Under the pieces are notes generated by a model, which saw only the letters and a list, made by a program, of their open reading frames with translations, searched no databases and had not been told where the DNA came from. The position numbers and the translations under genes are program-made. This document shows, piece after piece, positions 1 through 17,630 of a stretch of 64,000 nucleotides of DNA (the first letter of the stretch is position 1; the number at the start of each line of letters is the position of its first letter). This stretch comes from Bigelowiella natans CCMP2755 (lineage: Eukaryota; Protista; Cercozoa), in the NCBI GenBank assembly GCA_000320545.1, contig ADNK01000855.1:20658-84657 (forward strand), read 5' to 3'.

Positions 1-1323
1 GCAGCTCCTTTCGGAGTGTCTGTATGGTAATTCGAAGGGGTTTGAGACCCTAGCGGTGCTATAAAGAATCCCCTTACCCCTTCCCCTATGTGTATTATCA
101 TGACTACTGACACCCAAATCATCTCTTTTTGTCACCTTGCACTTCTGCATATAGCCGTTCCTCTGCCCTTCGAGGGTGTGCATCTTGCCCTCTGTGGAAG
201 AAATTTTTTCCCCACACTTGGACTCGATTGCCTTTATCCTTCTTTCGCTGTCTGCTGCCGCCTTGTCAATCTCTGTCTCAAGGCGCTCCTGCAAGTCTTC
301 AATGAGAGCAGCCTGCTCCGTGTGCTGTTCGCGGATGGTTGCTAATGCCTCATCCTTGGCATGGATCTCGTCCAGCTGCTCCTCAATTCGGCCGCTCAGC
401 TTCACGTTCTCCCCCTCAGTCACACCCACATTCTCCTCTAGTGCTGCGACTCGACTCTGTGCATCACCAAGCTGTTGTTCCAGCCCCTTTGCACGCTGCT
501 GCGCCTCGTGTAGGGAGGACCGTAGTTCCTTCACTTCCTCCTGAGTCTTTCGTGCTTCCTCAAACGCGAAACTTTCCGATATCTTCTTCACCTGGGCACC
601 GAGAGAGCGGACCTGCTCCTCAAGCTTCGCGTTCTTACCGCTGAGAACAGAATTTTGCTGCTCCGCCTATAAACGCAATGAATCACTGCAATGGACGAGT
701 ATGCTGCTTGCTCGTGGGGGTTGCATGGCGTGGGTGCAAAGAGCACCTCGGAAAGAGGCAGGATATCAACAGAACCACGAAGGTTCGAAATACAGAATAA
801 GCCCAAACTAGCCAATTTAATGAAACAAGTTCGATGAAAAGTTTGTCGTCGTCGTTGTCGTCGTCGGAAGAAACCCCTCCCTCTAAAAATAGATTTGACT
901 AAATAAACTGGCACAGCTTTCACCAGATACCTACCACCACTACCTCTTGCTTAGCCATTCTTGCATTCGCAAGGTCCTGAGATATCTTACTTAGTTGATC
1001 CATAAGAACCTCATTGTTCTTCTCCATCTCCTGGTAAGACGGAGCACTACATTAGTACTCGCACGAGCAGAGATGCTAAATGATGTGACGTGTCATGGGG
1101 GTGATGAACTGTGTAGTCTACGTAATATGTATTTTTGGCGTACGATATTGTTATATGGTGTCATATCATAGCGTAGAGCACGTAAATAAATTCATGAAGC
1201 ACTTCGTATTAGCGGACAGCAAACGTGGACAGTATTAACCTCCAAACTCATTCCACTCCCCCCACCCCCCTTGACGGGGCTGGCGACTCCCTTGGCCTCC
1301 CTTTTGGAGAAGAATTTCTTCAT
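1..1323 (-). CDS. Coiled-coil protein, multi-exon, 3' end runs off the left edge of the window
   Basis: ATG at 1323 (MKKFFSKREAKG...). Exons read SYQEMEKNNEVLMDQLSKISQDLANARMAKQE, then 666-136 AEQQNSVLSGKNAKLEEQVRSLGAQVKKISESFAFEEARKTQEEVKELRSSLHEAQQRAKGLEQQL..., then GLKPLRITIQTLRKEL. Heptad-rich E/K/Q/L composition; GT-AG junctions. Confidence 0.7.
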
Positions 1324-1915
1324 ATCCAAGCCGAGGGTTGTAAAAGGATCAGGGCAAGGTGTTTGGTTGAATGTTCCTAGCCCAGCCACCCGCCAGGAGG
1401 ACGGCAGCGAATGCTTTGCCCAAAGAACGTCCTCTTGATGTGTTCAGTCAGAGAGTGTTCGACGACTCAAAGATCCATCGATTCCAAAAATGGCCTACAA
1501 TTTATCTCGAGCGGCATCCCTAAATTCACCCCCTCGATGGGGATACAGTAATATCTCTCTGCGGTTTGAGCATCTGGGAATGCTACTGTTCTGACAAAAA
1601 TTCTCGGTTCCGAATTGTGGGCTTTGAGGCGACAGCGTCATGGAACGCCGTTCATATTTCCTATCGTTTCGGTTAAGGCGGCCGAGATTTTGGCCTAATA
1701 ATTTGTACGGATTGCAGCCGCAAAAATAAGTCGGAGTCTACATGCGCAAAATTATTATCTATTTTCTCGGCTGGAAAATCGGGTTTCCCTCCTCATTTTA
1801 TGATTTCAAACCATTCGAACACATTGCCGACCTACCTACCACCTCAAAAGCTTTTAGTTAGCCGGTTTCAAAAAAAGTATGGGTGGAAACGGGTCGGAGC
1901 GCAAAGCCTGAGTCC

Positions 1916-3237
1916 ATGAGGCTGCAACGCGTGTTTTTCGTGGTAGTAGCGCTGCTACTGCAAGTGCGGCAAGGCGATAGCGAATCCAGCAAAAGAGGTG
2001 AAAAGGCTCCACTATTCTCTTCTTTAATTTTACGGTAATTTCCTTTAATCTTACAATGATGCAAACTCCAGGCACTCGGAAACTGCGTCTAAGGAAGCTG
2101 AATCGCAGGTATTACTTTCTCCTTTGTCTTGTAAAATTTTTAAAGTTGGCGAGTCGATATCACTACCTAGCAACGGCGTAGAGTTTGCCTCACGCATGCA
2201 TTACTGCAGAGAACCTACTCTTCATACATCGGTGCAACTCATTGACAATGATGAAAGTGTACTTCAGGAAATGAAAAGGTATGCATAAGCAAAACCATAT
2301 TCCTCCCAATCTTATAGAGTATCTCAATCTTGATTTAATGTTCTCTGCCTCTCGCAGCGCGTCGTCCTCTGGGCGTTCCATGCTCATGATAAACCAGAAT
2401 GAGACCATCATGAGGGGGGGAAGGGGCCACACACAAGCTGGAGATCACCCGGCTGATCTTCATCAGGTAAAATGAATAATATATACGATAGTAAAGATGT
2501 TCTGTTCTCGTTGCAAGGCAAAGTTCCATAGCTATGATTTTAACTCACAACAACTTGTACTTGCCCGGCAGGTCGCCATCGCTTTGAAGAATCTTCGTAA
2601 TTCCCAATATGTGGGTCGGATTGGAATCGGAACACCATTGCAGTTTGTCGATGTGCGTACCGAATCATTAGGATTTAAAGAGCTCCTCTGATTGATCTCG
2701 AGTCTGATTGAACACTGTCGCTTTCTGCTGTGGTTCTTCACCTTCAGGTGATTTTCGACACAGGCTCCGCCAACCTGTGGATAGCATCTACCAACTGTCA
2801 CTCACGGTAATTATCAAATGGCGATGGTGATGGTGATAATGATGCTGACATTGACGACAATGATTCTTGCGAGATGGTGATATACTGCTATTGATATTGC
2901 ACAATCAAAAGTATTATCTATAAAGCAGACATCACAGCAATCATATGATAGTTGTTGAGCTCTTTGTTCTTGTTGCTCTTCTAGTTCCCCCCTGACATTA
3001 TCTTCCATCATCTGATCACCGTCATTATGACCCTACGACAGGGGCTGTCGAATGCATCCTCGATACAATCCCTCGAAGTCGAGCTCGTATGTTCCCTCCG
3101 ACACGGAGCTGGAGGTAGATTCGCAAGCTTGGCAGTAGTAGGAGGGAAGAGGAAGAGAGAGGAGGAGAGTTCTGCAAGTGACAGCAACAGCAGGAGCAAG
3201 AACAATTTGTAGAAGGGAGAATCGGAATAAGAGTAAG

Positions 3238-3270
<33 letters not shown>

Positions 3271-4711
3271 AAGAAAAGAGGGGGGTTATCATGAGTGAAG
3301 TAATCGCTTTCCTTTTCTGTAACCCATTATCATTATTACCCTCAATGCCGTCAGCATATCCGCATAATCTTGCATGACCGCCACCGTTAATCATCGTCAC
3401 CATCACAAACTCTTCCCCAGGTCCGCTTCGGGACGGGCGCTGTCCGCGGAGCAATGGCGAGGGAAACAGTGGCAATCGGTGATCTCAGGCTTCGCAAGCA
3501 GGTGGGTGGGGAGGAGCGCGTGTGGAGGGAGATACGAGGGGGAAGAGGGTAGTCTCGATGCAGCAGCGCAGTGGACAATAGAAGAGCAGAGATGGTGACG
3601 ATTCGTGTCGTTTCGAAAACAAAAAAGAAGCGCTGCATGCAGCACTCGCTCTCCCCCTTATGATCAATTCCTACTGCAAGTCTCTCTTCCCTGCAAAATG
3701 GTGTGTTCCCTCGTTGAGATGACGACGCCGCTGAAATGGCTGCTTCTCTACCGCAGGCGTTCGGGGAAATCCGGGATGAAGAAGGGGGCGTATTCGAGAA
3801 TATTGGGTTGTGGGTCTATCATTGAGACAGGGGTGGCGAGAGGAGGCGAATGAATGAATCAACGAGTCAACAAGAGGACGAGGGGGGCAATAGTCGGAAA
3901 AAATAAAGATCGTAAAGTTTTCCTCCATGGTTTCCAGCCTTCATCCCCACCCCCAAAAATGATGAAAACAACATAATAATGAAGCCACCCTTATCATTCT
4001 CCCCCTCCTCGCCATCACAATGATCAGATTCTCTGGCATTCTCGGGTTGGCTTTCCCGTCGATGTCTACGTTTGGGGTAGAAGATAGCAGCGCTGCTTTT
4101 GCGCAACCGCGGCTGGTGTATGTTGATTGTTGACTCGGCGCGGTGACGGTGATGATGCTGGTGACGCTGACGATGATGGTCATCATGATGCATTCTCAGG
4201 TCAAACCGACGTTCGATCATCTCTTGGAGAAAAAGTAGTTGTAGTAGTAGCAGTTGTAGTAAAAGTAACATGCTGTGGTCCTCCTGTATGCTGGCCCTCC
4301 GTCCTCTCCCCCTCCTCCTCCTCCTCCTCCTCCTCCTCCTCCTCCTCTTCCTCTTCCTCTTCCTACACCCGCCACTGATCCCTATACCATTACAAATGTA
4401 ATATGCAAGCTGGCTGGATCTGAGCGCTTTCTCCTTCTACTACTCGGACTTCCCTCACCAGGTTCGGTTCGGTTGGTGTTGATTGGTTGATTAGCAAGGA
4501 GAGAGAAAGAACGAGGGAGAGAGAGAAAGAGAGAAAGAGAGAGAGAGCGAGAGAGGAAACAAAGGAGGAAATCAAGTTGGCAGGTCAAGGGGGGAAGAGG
4601 AAGAAAGGTTGTTGGCGATAAATGCCATCTGGATTATCATCATCATCATCATCGTCATCATCATAGTCATCACCATCATTATCATCAATACTATATTTCA
4701 TAATTTATTTT

Positions 4712-4751
<40 letters not shown>

Positions 4752-5577
4752 AAATCGTCGCATGCTTCTATGCAGGATTCTGCGATATTCTTCGGCCCCC
4801 CCGACCCCGACTACTTCCATCCGCCTTTCAAGTGAGTTTTTGGAGATGGAGAGAAGGGTGCAGAGAGGAGAGAGAGGAGACAGAAGGGGAGAGCAGACGA
4901 CTTACAGTATTTCATGACCACCTCCAAATAGATATGTTGATGTCATGGAGGAGCGCTATTGGGCCGCTGCGCTGACGTCCGTGAGGCTCTCCTCGCATCC
5001 TGACGTGAATCTCTGCTTCGGCACTTGCAAAGTGGCCATCGATACAGGTGATGCTAACATATTAATGAAAATCATGATGATGATGATGATGATGATGACG
5101 ACGACGACGACGAGGGAGACAATAGTGACGAGAATTATAAATCTATAATAACGGTACTATTAGGTACCTCGTTGATCGCTGGTCCTTCGGGGGCGATAAG
5201 GCGTCTTTTGAGCCTTTTAGAGCTCGGAGCCTCCTCCTCCTCCGCCCATCACAGTAACAGCAGCAGTCATTGCCAGGTGGGGACGGGAGAAAACATGCCC
5301 ATCTTTAACTTTTATCGATCTCCAGGAGATAGGGAACAGAGTTTGCAGTGATTGACGGACCATGTTTCTTCTTCTTCCTGCTCACCACGTCGTGTGTGTG
5401 TGTGTGTGTACATGCCATGCTATGCGTGTATAATCTGTAGGGTGCAGATGAGATGCCGACGCTCACGTTCGAGCTGGGGGGGAGTGTGCAGCTGGAGTTA
5501 GAGCCCAAAGACTATCTGATAGGGCACGGGCCTGGAGGGCCACCTACCCTTCTTAAAACACAAGCAAAGTAATGAAG

Positions 5578-5615
<38 letters not shown>

Positions 5616-6513
5616 TAGAAATAGTAGTATTGAGTAGTGAATAGTAGTAGTAGGAGGAGTGGCCGTTGTCGTCGCTACGTGATATTATCTTTGCACAATC
5701 TCATCACCATCGTCGTCATCGGCATTATCATCAGTACCATTACTATTACAGGTGTCAACCTGGCGTCATGGCGCTGGATGTGCCCCCTCCCCGTGGGCCG
5801 CTTTGGGTAACTAGCTACTGCAACTATTGCTGTTGGTTATCACACGCTCCCAAATGCGCTGCATGTGTGCGGTTGTTGTTGCCGTGTGTAATTCAATCTC
5901 AAACCATACGATGAGATGTCCCTTATTAATAAATCTATGCTACTAATGGTGTGGCACTAGGTTCTTGGAGACGTTTTCCTACGAAAGTAGCAGTTACAGC
6001 AGTAGTAGTAGTTGTTGTTGTAGTAGTTGTGGTAGTAGTGAGATGGCGAGTTTCAAGCGCTTACTGCATCACCACGTGCATTTATAACTAATGCATAATA
6101 ACTGCGTGCTGCGTTGTTGCTGTCGTTGTTGTCGTCCTCGTTGTTGTTGTTGAAGTCTATCAGTTCGTCCTATAGCGAAATAGATGCATAGGGGGAGGGA
6201 AGAGAGAAGGGGAAAAAGGCTGTTTATACACAGTACCTATGTCCATCACAGTGACTGGAATTAATGTGTGACCAAAGGGAAGCTGAGAAACGGCCTTACC
6301 CCTTGAGTCAGCACCATGAGTCGCCATCTTATTAGAACCATGTGCCGCAATCAGACGGCGTCCAGTGCGTGAGATTATTCACCTCCTTATTTTCATGCAT
6401 CATTTGCCTTCCTTCCGTTGTAACTTCCCAGATACTACACGCTGTTCGACCGGGAGAAAAACCGCATTGGCTTCGCGTTGGCGAAGCATGATTCAGAAAG
6501 GCAATCATCGTAA
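1916..6513 (+). CDS. Secreted/lysosomal aspartic protease, peptidase family A1 (pepsin/cathepsin D-like), many short exons
   Basis: Signal peptide MRLQRVFFVVVALLLQV. Exons spell [34 protein letters not shown] (first catalytic Asp, ~2757), RYNPSKSS, VRFGTG, FSGILGLAFPSMS, KVAIDTG-TSLIAGP (second catalytic Asp, ~5041), [37 protein letters not shown]. Stop at 6511-6513. Confidence 0.95.
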
Positions 6514-7248
6514 TGTATGTAGCAGCACGGAGTAGTGTTGAGTGGATACGATTGTTGTCGAGTAACTCCCTGCGTGCGTAGGTAGGTTATAAGGTCTGCT
6601 CCGCTGTGATTTTAAACAAAAATAGTGCCCATCACCTCCACGCATTCGAAAGAAAATGATTACATGGTTTTCTGCATTTATGCGCATGTGCGCGAGCCGA
6701 GGGCGCATACGATACACACATGATTCATTATGGTTATGGACAACGTGATATGATATATGCTAGTATGTTACACATTGCACACCGTGTCATTATAGACGAC
6801 GTAATATAATATTACTATGTCTATTATTGTCTGTAGCACCAACATGCACACAGCTACGTACGTAGAGCCGTAGGTAGCTACGCATCCGGCCATGCATGTG
6901 TGCGTAATAATCTAAGCAAAGCAATGTTAGTGTCTGCGCTGCGCGCTGCTGAAGATTCGAGCGTGAACAATGAGAAGCGGAATGCCTCCATGCTAGCATG
7001 TGTGCAAATGCAAGTTGTGGCACAATGCATGGAGGTGCAGGAAATAAATGTCGCGCTTGCATGCTAGTCACAATAAATCATAAAAGTTGGTCGTAAGTTT
7101 AACATCTATGAAACCGTGCTGCACACTTGTGCACGAAACGGGGCATGTGCTGTGGCTCCCGTATATACATGTGTAGCGAGAGGCCATGATCACTCAGTAC
7201 CAATTGCGGGAGATCCTCGTACACCCACCATAACCAAACGATGGGCGA

Positions 7249-7723
7249 TTACTTGCCTGCGATGTACTTTGCACCGAAGCTGGCCATCTTGTTATTGATG
7301 GGAAGCTTGTAGAGTTCTCCCTCGAAGTATCCCTGAGAGAGAAGAGACAGCATGAGATGCAGTTGGAATAAGAGCGGAAAAAACAAGCACCACCATCACC
7401 ACAAACAACGACGAACAGGTTTGTACGATTTCCTACCTTAAGCTCTGCTCGTCCGCGCAAAGAGGTGTAGAGCTTCGCCAGCCTATTGCAAATCGATGGA
7501 CAAAAAACACGAAACGTGGATGATCATCTTAATCTTCCATTACCGCGCCAGCAGAGGCATGCATATTAATCGAATGTCAACGGCAGCACAACAACGATGT
7601 GGTCTAGACTTATTGTCTACTACCCAGGGTAATCCTTCAGCAAGCTTTCCTTGTTGTTGGCAGATGCAAGAATTTCATGCTGGTCGATCATCTCCCACCT
7701 TTTTATGTACGCACCAACGCATT

Positions 7724-7758
<35 letters not shown>

Positions 7759-7875
7759 CATCATTGCAGTTCCTTCATCATTATTACTCATCACAACAAA
7801 ACCAGCATCATCGTAGCAACATTAGCATCGCCATTTGGGTTCGGAAGGGAAGGGGAAGGGAAGGGGGAAGAAGCG

Positions 7876-7906
<31 letters not shown>

Positions 7907-8780
7907 TTACTACATGTGGAAATCTGGTACAGTAGGTTCTTCTCCAAGCAGATAGGTCGATTTCTTTAGTGTGTTATTAGTAGTAGCAACAAGAGGAAGA
8001 AGGAATGGATGCCATAGGCGCCATGGATTCACAGCTATACAACATATCATCTATACGGTGATGTCTTTATTTTAATCACCACGATGCTACAACATTGCGT
8101 GCTTGTTATGACATGAAAGTGTTCTTTGGGTGCTGAAAACGGCAATGATAGATTCATGCCCCCTGGCACGATTAGTGTTCGTTAGTAAGCCATCATTATC
8201 TTTTCGGCCCATCACCACCACCATCACCTTCGCAGAGATCCATTCCTCAAACTTCTTGAAGTGTTTAGGAACGGTGCTGCCCAAGTGGGATGCGGTAGCA
8301 TCCTGCGCGGTTAGAATGCGTTGTGAGCAGCGATACTCACGTGTTCTTCAAGGGTGTGTGGGTGCGACAGAGTAACAGTGTGTGTGAGAGGGAGATAGAG
8401 AGAGATAGAGAGGAACCTCATCTTTGGCTCCATAGAATAGTTTCACTGATGAATTGCGAAGGTCCATAATCTGGGTAAGTAAGAAGAACGTGCAGTAGTA
8501 TATCAGGTATACGAAAAGACGAAGAATTAATTAACATGCGCCAAAACATATGCAGTATGTTTTACATCTTTATGAAAGAGCATGGTATCTGTACACAAAA
8601 ATTAAAGTAGGAAGGTGTACTACTATGCAGTATGTGTAGACGCATCATATTCCATACAAGACGACCTCGCACAGAAGCTGATTGCAGCCAGTGGTATCAC
8701 CTTCCAGGAACAAGAAGAAGAAGAAGAAGAAGAGGAAGAGAATGAGGAAGGAGGAAGGAGGAAGGAGGAAGGAAGGAGGA

Positions 8781-8813
<33 letters not shown>

Positions 8814-9742
8814 GGAGGAAAATAAGACTTAAATTACTATTGTGGAAATGCATGAATGGGAGCGTGGGTGCGCGTGGGTGCGCGTTGTTGCTGCAACACA
8901 CGAGAATAATAGTGTCCTCATCATGTGTATCACCAAAAAGTAACTTTTGTGAGAAAAATAGGGATATAAATGTATAAATATTTTATATATATATATATAT
9001 GTATAATATCGTGATTTCCTACCTCCGTCAAGGCCCAGCTCTTTTGCCAAATACATGAATATGGCATTAGTCTGTCAATACGAGTGATGTGAGTGCGAAC
9101 GAATGCACAGAGTTGAAGACGGTGAGTAAGGTCAAACATACCTGTGTGACCACCTTGCCCTTATGCACAACATATCTGGTAAAGGTGGAATACGACATAA
9201 TAGCGTGAAGGTGGTAAAATTGCGGTGGTGGGTAGTAGCTAGCTTAACATACGGAAGGTTGATCAGGGGATTCTTCTTCTTCAATTCAGGTTTATCCTTT
9301 CCAAACCTAGGTACGAGATGCTACGTATCAGTGGTCTGGCCCAACTCCCTTTCTAATAATTCATGCAACATACTCACCAGCTGGAGGCATCCCACCCACC
9401 GCCTTCCTTGGCGGACAGCTCGTAAGTTTTGCTGCAGCACGCAATTAAATTTTATCAATGTGACTGGTAGTCTAAGATGTTTGAACGAGAGTATCAAGTG
9501 TTAAATTTTATCCACGCACTTCTCCCATTTGGCAGATTTGAAGCTGCACATCATGCGCAATGGCGCAGCAAGGCCGCGGATATGCCAGTAGCCCACGGTA
9601 ATCGTTTCGCCCTGTCCACATGTGCGTCATAAATTCTTCACATGTTAGCTTCATTTTCAAAATATGCGATCTCTCTCTCCCTCCCTCCCTCCCTCCCTCC
9701 CCCCCTTTCTGTACAGCTAGCACCCACCTTTGAATCTCCCAT
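7249..9742 (-). CDS. Cytosolic glutathione S-transferase (mu/sigma-like), multi-exon
   Basis: Exons read MGDSK-GETITVGYWHIRGLAAPLRMM, WFGKDKPELKKKNPLINLP, TNAIFMYLAKELGLDG, IMDLRNSSVKLFYG, KSTYLLGEEPTVPDFH, YKLPINNKMASFG-AKYIAGK*. These match the GST N-terminal (Y-W-x-x-R-G, NLP, S/TNAI) and C-terminal motifs. Confidence 0.9.
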
Positions 9743-10447
9743 GGTGTGAATAATAATGGATGATGTAGTTTCGAATTCGGTTTCTGGTTTGATGATGCGC
9801 TGTGCGAATTGTACAGAACAAAATATCTTCACACAGAGAAAAACAGCTAGCTGTGGGAAAATTACGACAACAGACAGGGGCTATTTCACAACGTACGACC
9901 AAATAATTTGCAACATAAAAGACAACATTTTGTTGTACAGATCGTGCTCATGGGAAAATAGACCTGTGTTCGCTTCACTCGTGAGACTGCATAAAATAGG
10001 TTGTCGCTATCACAAAAGTACAGGTCATGTCTGATTTCAATGGATTTCTCGAAGCGTTCCGGAAAAAAGGAGGAGAGATAGCTGGATAGCAGGAGACCAC
10101 GAAAAAGCCAAAACCCACCTGCTGGTTTTTTTGGCCGAACTCTCCGTACACCCAAAACCCCCCGAAATCGAAGAGGGGCTTTCCAGAACGAAAACTAAGG
10201 AGAAGTTGATATTGCGACATGATATTAAAGCTGTTTTTTGTCCAAAAGACTGGGCTCGGCAAAGAGAGTGCCGTGTACGCACATAGAGACCCGAACCAAG
10301 AATGTCAGAATGCGTCTTCATATATTTCCAGTCGTAGTAATAATTTCTGCTCTATTTACGAAGATCTCGGGGATTCCGAGACTACAACTCTAAACCTTGA
10401 GTTAGTCCCCGGTCAGCATTCCGTCGGATTTCCGGATGTATAAATAA

Positions 10448-13493
<3,046 letters not shown>

Positions 13494-14554
13494 CTCAAGT
13501 AGATCACCCTCCACATCCTCACTCTCTCCACCTCTAGATGTAGCCCTTTATTTCCCCCCTCCGCCCAACACTTAGTTCAATTCCTCTGATATTACTGTCT
13601 TCATTCTTCCACCAACCGATTTACGTTCCATCAATCTGTGCTTTGATGCAATTGGATTGATTACGCTGCATGGTTAAGAAGGCGTCGTGCATACATGAAT
13701 GTGCATTAAATCTGGTTGACAATAATCAAATTACACCGTTCATCACACACTTGTGAAATAACATGAGGTCGTACGATCTAGCGAGTGTGCATATGTGCAG
13801 TTGTCAGCAAGGCATATTGACCAATGAACGAAGGCACACTGTTGGACACGCTACGGAGAAGTACATGTGGTTCCAAAATTCTAGAATGTTTGCATTGCGT
13901 TCGGCAGTGCGCAGCCTGACATTGTGCGGTGACTGGCGATGAAAGCCCAGCGAGCACGCACACAGAGCACGCACAGCTGTGCTGCGACCGTAGCGCACAA
14001 AATGCAATTCAATCCATGAAATTGGCACGCCGCCATCTAGCTAGCTACAAGCTAGCTAGCTGCGTGCACCAATTCGTCTAGATCTGACAGATCGAATTGC
14101 GAACACACACGACACACACACACACTGTACACATGCACACATCTAGACATGCACACACAAAACGTCACACTTTTGATATGTGTGTTGTCTATTGTTAGTT
14201 GTGTTGACCAACCAATCCTCGATGCATGAGCAGCAATGCGGAGTTGTTTGCACCCGCCGCACACACAGCATCGCGAGTCGCCGCGAACAATTCTCGAGAA
14301 TTTCTCACCTATTAAAAGGCATAATTAAGTCTGCGGCAACAAAGAGATCTTGTCGCAGGAAGAAATTTGAGCTGGCTAATATCTATCTATGCCGGAACAA
14401 CTGGGGCCTCTATTTAGATCAAAATATGTCGAAGGAATATCGTAGAAGTCTCTTTTTTCCATAGAACAGTAAAATATCCGAAAACACAGATCAGTTGCTC
14501 GCATCCGATCCTCTCCACCCACCAGCTTGCATCAAGACTGCATAGAATTTAACA

Positions 14555-15005
14555 ATGAATAGTGAGCAGACAGTTCAATTCGACATGACGGTCGAGATCT
14601 GTTTCGCCGATGAGAAGGACATGCCCTTTGGTCCCTACGCCGAGGCAAAAAGCGATAGCTACCAAATAATGTATCTACCAAAGGATGCTACTTTCAGGAA
14701 CATCAAACTTACTGCTGAGAAAGGGGCGAAGAAGGTCATGGATAAGATGGTGGAGACTTCTAGGCGGCAAAACGTGGAGATGACGTAAACTTACCCGAAT
14801 TGACTCTGCGTGCTGATCATGACCTTAATATCTCAAATTAATTAGGTATACCTGGGTCGTGGTTAAAATCAGTTTTAAAGGTGGAGCCCTTCCGGAAGAA
14901 CACTATGATCGGAAGATAACCGACCACTTGAAGAATGGTGATACATGCATTATTACTGTTGATAGATTCACGTCCAGGCGAGTTTCATGTTGTACGATTG
15001 TATGA
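14555..15005 (+). CDS. Small (~129 aa) protein ending in a CaaX prenylation box (SCCTIV); possible ubiquitin-like fold; 2 exons
   Basis: Exon 14555-14784, GT...AG intron 14785-14845, exon 14846-15005 give an open frame ending ...DHLKNGDTCIITVDRFTSRRVSCCTIV*. The beta-grasp assignment is only a pattern impression. Confidence 0.65.
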
Positions 15006-16627
15006 GAGTCTGTGATTAAATCTCATCATCGATTGCGAAGATTTTTATGACTGAGGAACGTGCGACGTAACTAGATTCGACTCCACTCAGTGATTATGCA
15101 TGGTGGAAAGAGTAGTACTTAAAAAAAAAAAAAAAAACATGCAACACGCCCGTCTGCATGTGAGGAACAATGAGGTACCTAAAAGCAGATGTGGCTGCAA
15201 AGACAGTTGTCTTCTAGGTTGACTTGTGCTCATGTGGATGCTCATGCTAGCTAGCTATTCCCAATCATATTCCTAATCATAGGCTGCAACTCAAGCTGCG
15301 ATTTTTCTTGTCATATCGCGGCTTTTATTATGCCATGTGTGATCGACGGGTGCTAAGAATTCAATGCATATACTATTACTATCGCATGGGCACCGCTGTC
15401 TAGCTGTGCTGCATGATCCACGTGAAGCAATCTGAGCACATCTAGCTAGACATCTCAGTTCACAGCATCGATCACAGCTCTAGAGCTGCTAGGCATGCAA
15501 GAAATGAGCATCAATCTGTGCAGAGCATGCGTGCATGCATCATTCGTGTGCTACAGTGCGAGCTTCGCATTGATCGAATCTGGCTCATTTGCCATTTCAG
15601 CTGCGGCTTGCATGCACATGTAGCTTGCGCGCAGGATGATGAATCATTGAATTTTTGGCCATCCATGCATGCATTCGCATCAACATGCGCAGCTAGCATG
15701 ACTGCGTGATCGAACACTGCACACGGGTAGGTGGAACGAACGAAGGAGTTCCGCAGCCCGCCAGCCCGCTAGCCCGACACATGCGCATGCTCGTGGAGCA
15801 GAACTGATCGTGTTGTGTTTCACAGCACGCAGAAACGCCCCAGAAGACTCGCACGTTGCACGCCTCTGAACTGTGCAGTCGTTGTTGCATTGCACATTCC
15901 GGCTTCGGACAGGTTCTATGTTGGCTACCTGTCTGTGAAATCTATCGATGTGCTCAAACATCTACCACCAACCGCACGAAGAAAACTCGAGGGAAAGGAG
16001 AGGGAGAATCGAAGAAGAGGCGCGTGGCGGGACAGGGAGGGACGAGCCAAATGTGAGCCGAAACAACGACACAGAGGACGATGACAACAAATTGAGTTCA
16101 GATTTAGATCGTCTCTGCGTTCATTTCACACATCGGAATAACAGGCTCCCCTGCTAAGTGCTTTGAGGGTGACGAAATTCATACCGAGCCATTCAATGCT
16201 ATTTCTGCACTCGGGCTTATCTTAGCTAGAAGTAAAATCAATCGAGGAAATACAACTTTGAAGTACGGTTATCCGTGCTTGGATTTTCAGGTTATTTACT
16301 AAAACACACATTTCCTAGGATTTCCCCTTCTTGTACTAACTTCAGTTTTTTCCTCAGTTGTCTTACCTAATAGGGACTGCCTCGGCCCTATTTCACGCGA
16401 CCCTGAGCCCAGTCACAAAGGTGAGAAGCATGGTCCGCAGTTCTATGGAGTGAACTTATCCATCGAATTATATTCAAGGCATGGGGAAAATGGCGAGAGG
16501 GGAGTGTTCACATTCACTGGGGCGGTCAGAGATTTGGGCAACGGATCGTTGAGGCATCCACTTCTTTTCGATTTCCCTCGCGAAAAAATGAAGAAGAAGG
16601 ATTTCCCCCTAAAAATGTCTTGTGTTT

Positions 16628-17272
16628 ATGCCCGGAGACAACGGAGCAACCATGTCGTTCATCACAATTAACATTCTGAACGACAACCAACAACATTTCT
16701 CGTTGCGAAGAAGCTGGTCGGGTTTGGAGGGAGGAGGGCACCAACAGCTCTCCATGGGAAAGAAACGCAGCCAGGGGTGCACGAAGACTTTCGATTATGT
16801 CGATATAAATCTAAGAACGTTTTCCTGCGATACAATTCTTAACAGAGGCATCTGCGGATCTTTAACTTTCTCATATGGCTTGATCACTTGGATCGTGCTC
16901 GCTAACATTGCTGTCCAAGTCCTTTTCGGCATCGCTTTCTTCGGTTACTACCGCAATGGGAAAATCTCTACGTTTTCTGACCGCCAGGATAATTCTTTTG
17001 TCCAGAAGGGAGGAGGCGTCGGAGGAAACAGTATGTCACATTGCAAAGAAGAATTTTAGTTTAGTTGAGGAGAATCACGTGATCCAAACTCCCATATATT
17101 TTTTGAACAGTTTTCGCCGATGTGGGCGGGCAGGCAATCACGGTAGAGGAGAAGAAGTACCATATCAGGCAACAGATCCAGTCGCTCGTCAAACAGCTTC
17201 AAGAATTGGACAAAGCGGGAGTGGGAGAGCAGCAGCAGCAGCAGCATCAACATCATCGTCAGCAACAGCAGC

Positions 17273-17313
<41 letters not shown>

Positions 17314-17588
17314 CGAAAACACCTGTTGGATGATAAAAATGCCGTAGCTGGCAGTACACAGCAGTCATCGCGAACAATAGGAGGAGGAAGAAAAGGAGGA
17401 GGAGGAGGGGGGGAGGAGGACACTGAATTAGAAAGCGACGAGGCACTACAGAAAGAGCGTTGGAACATGTTATCCAAAGTATTTCCAGATAAGCCATATC
17501 AAGGTGCCCTACTGACCTTTTATATATAAATACAAACACATTCATAAACAACATGCACATAGATCATAATAGATGCGCGCGTGCGGAT

Positions 17589-17630
<42 letters not shown>

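Noticed and set aside
2497-2518. Possible micro-exon with a GC donor in the aspartic protease
   Set aside because: A single GT-AG intron from 2467 to 2570 gives an in-frame join (HQ-VAIALKN) more simply.
15948-16157. 69-aa acidic/basic ORF between the CaaX gene and the GT61-like gene
   Set aside because: No clear start, splice context or recognisable motif; it cannot be supported as a gene.
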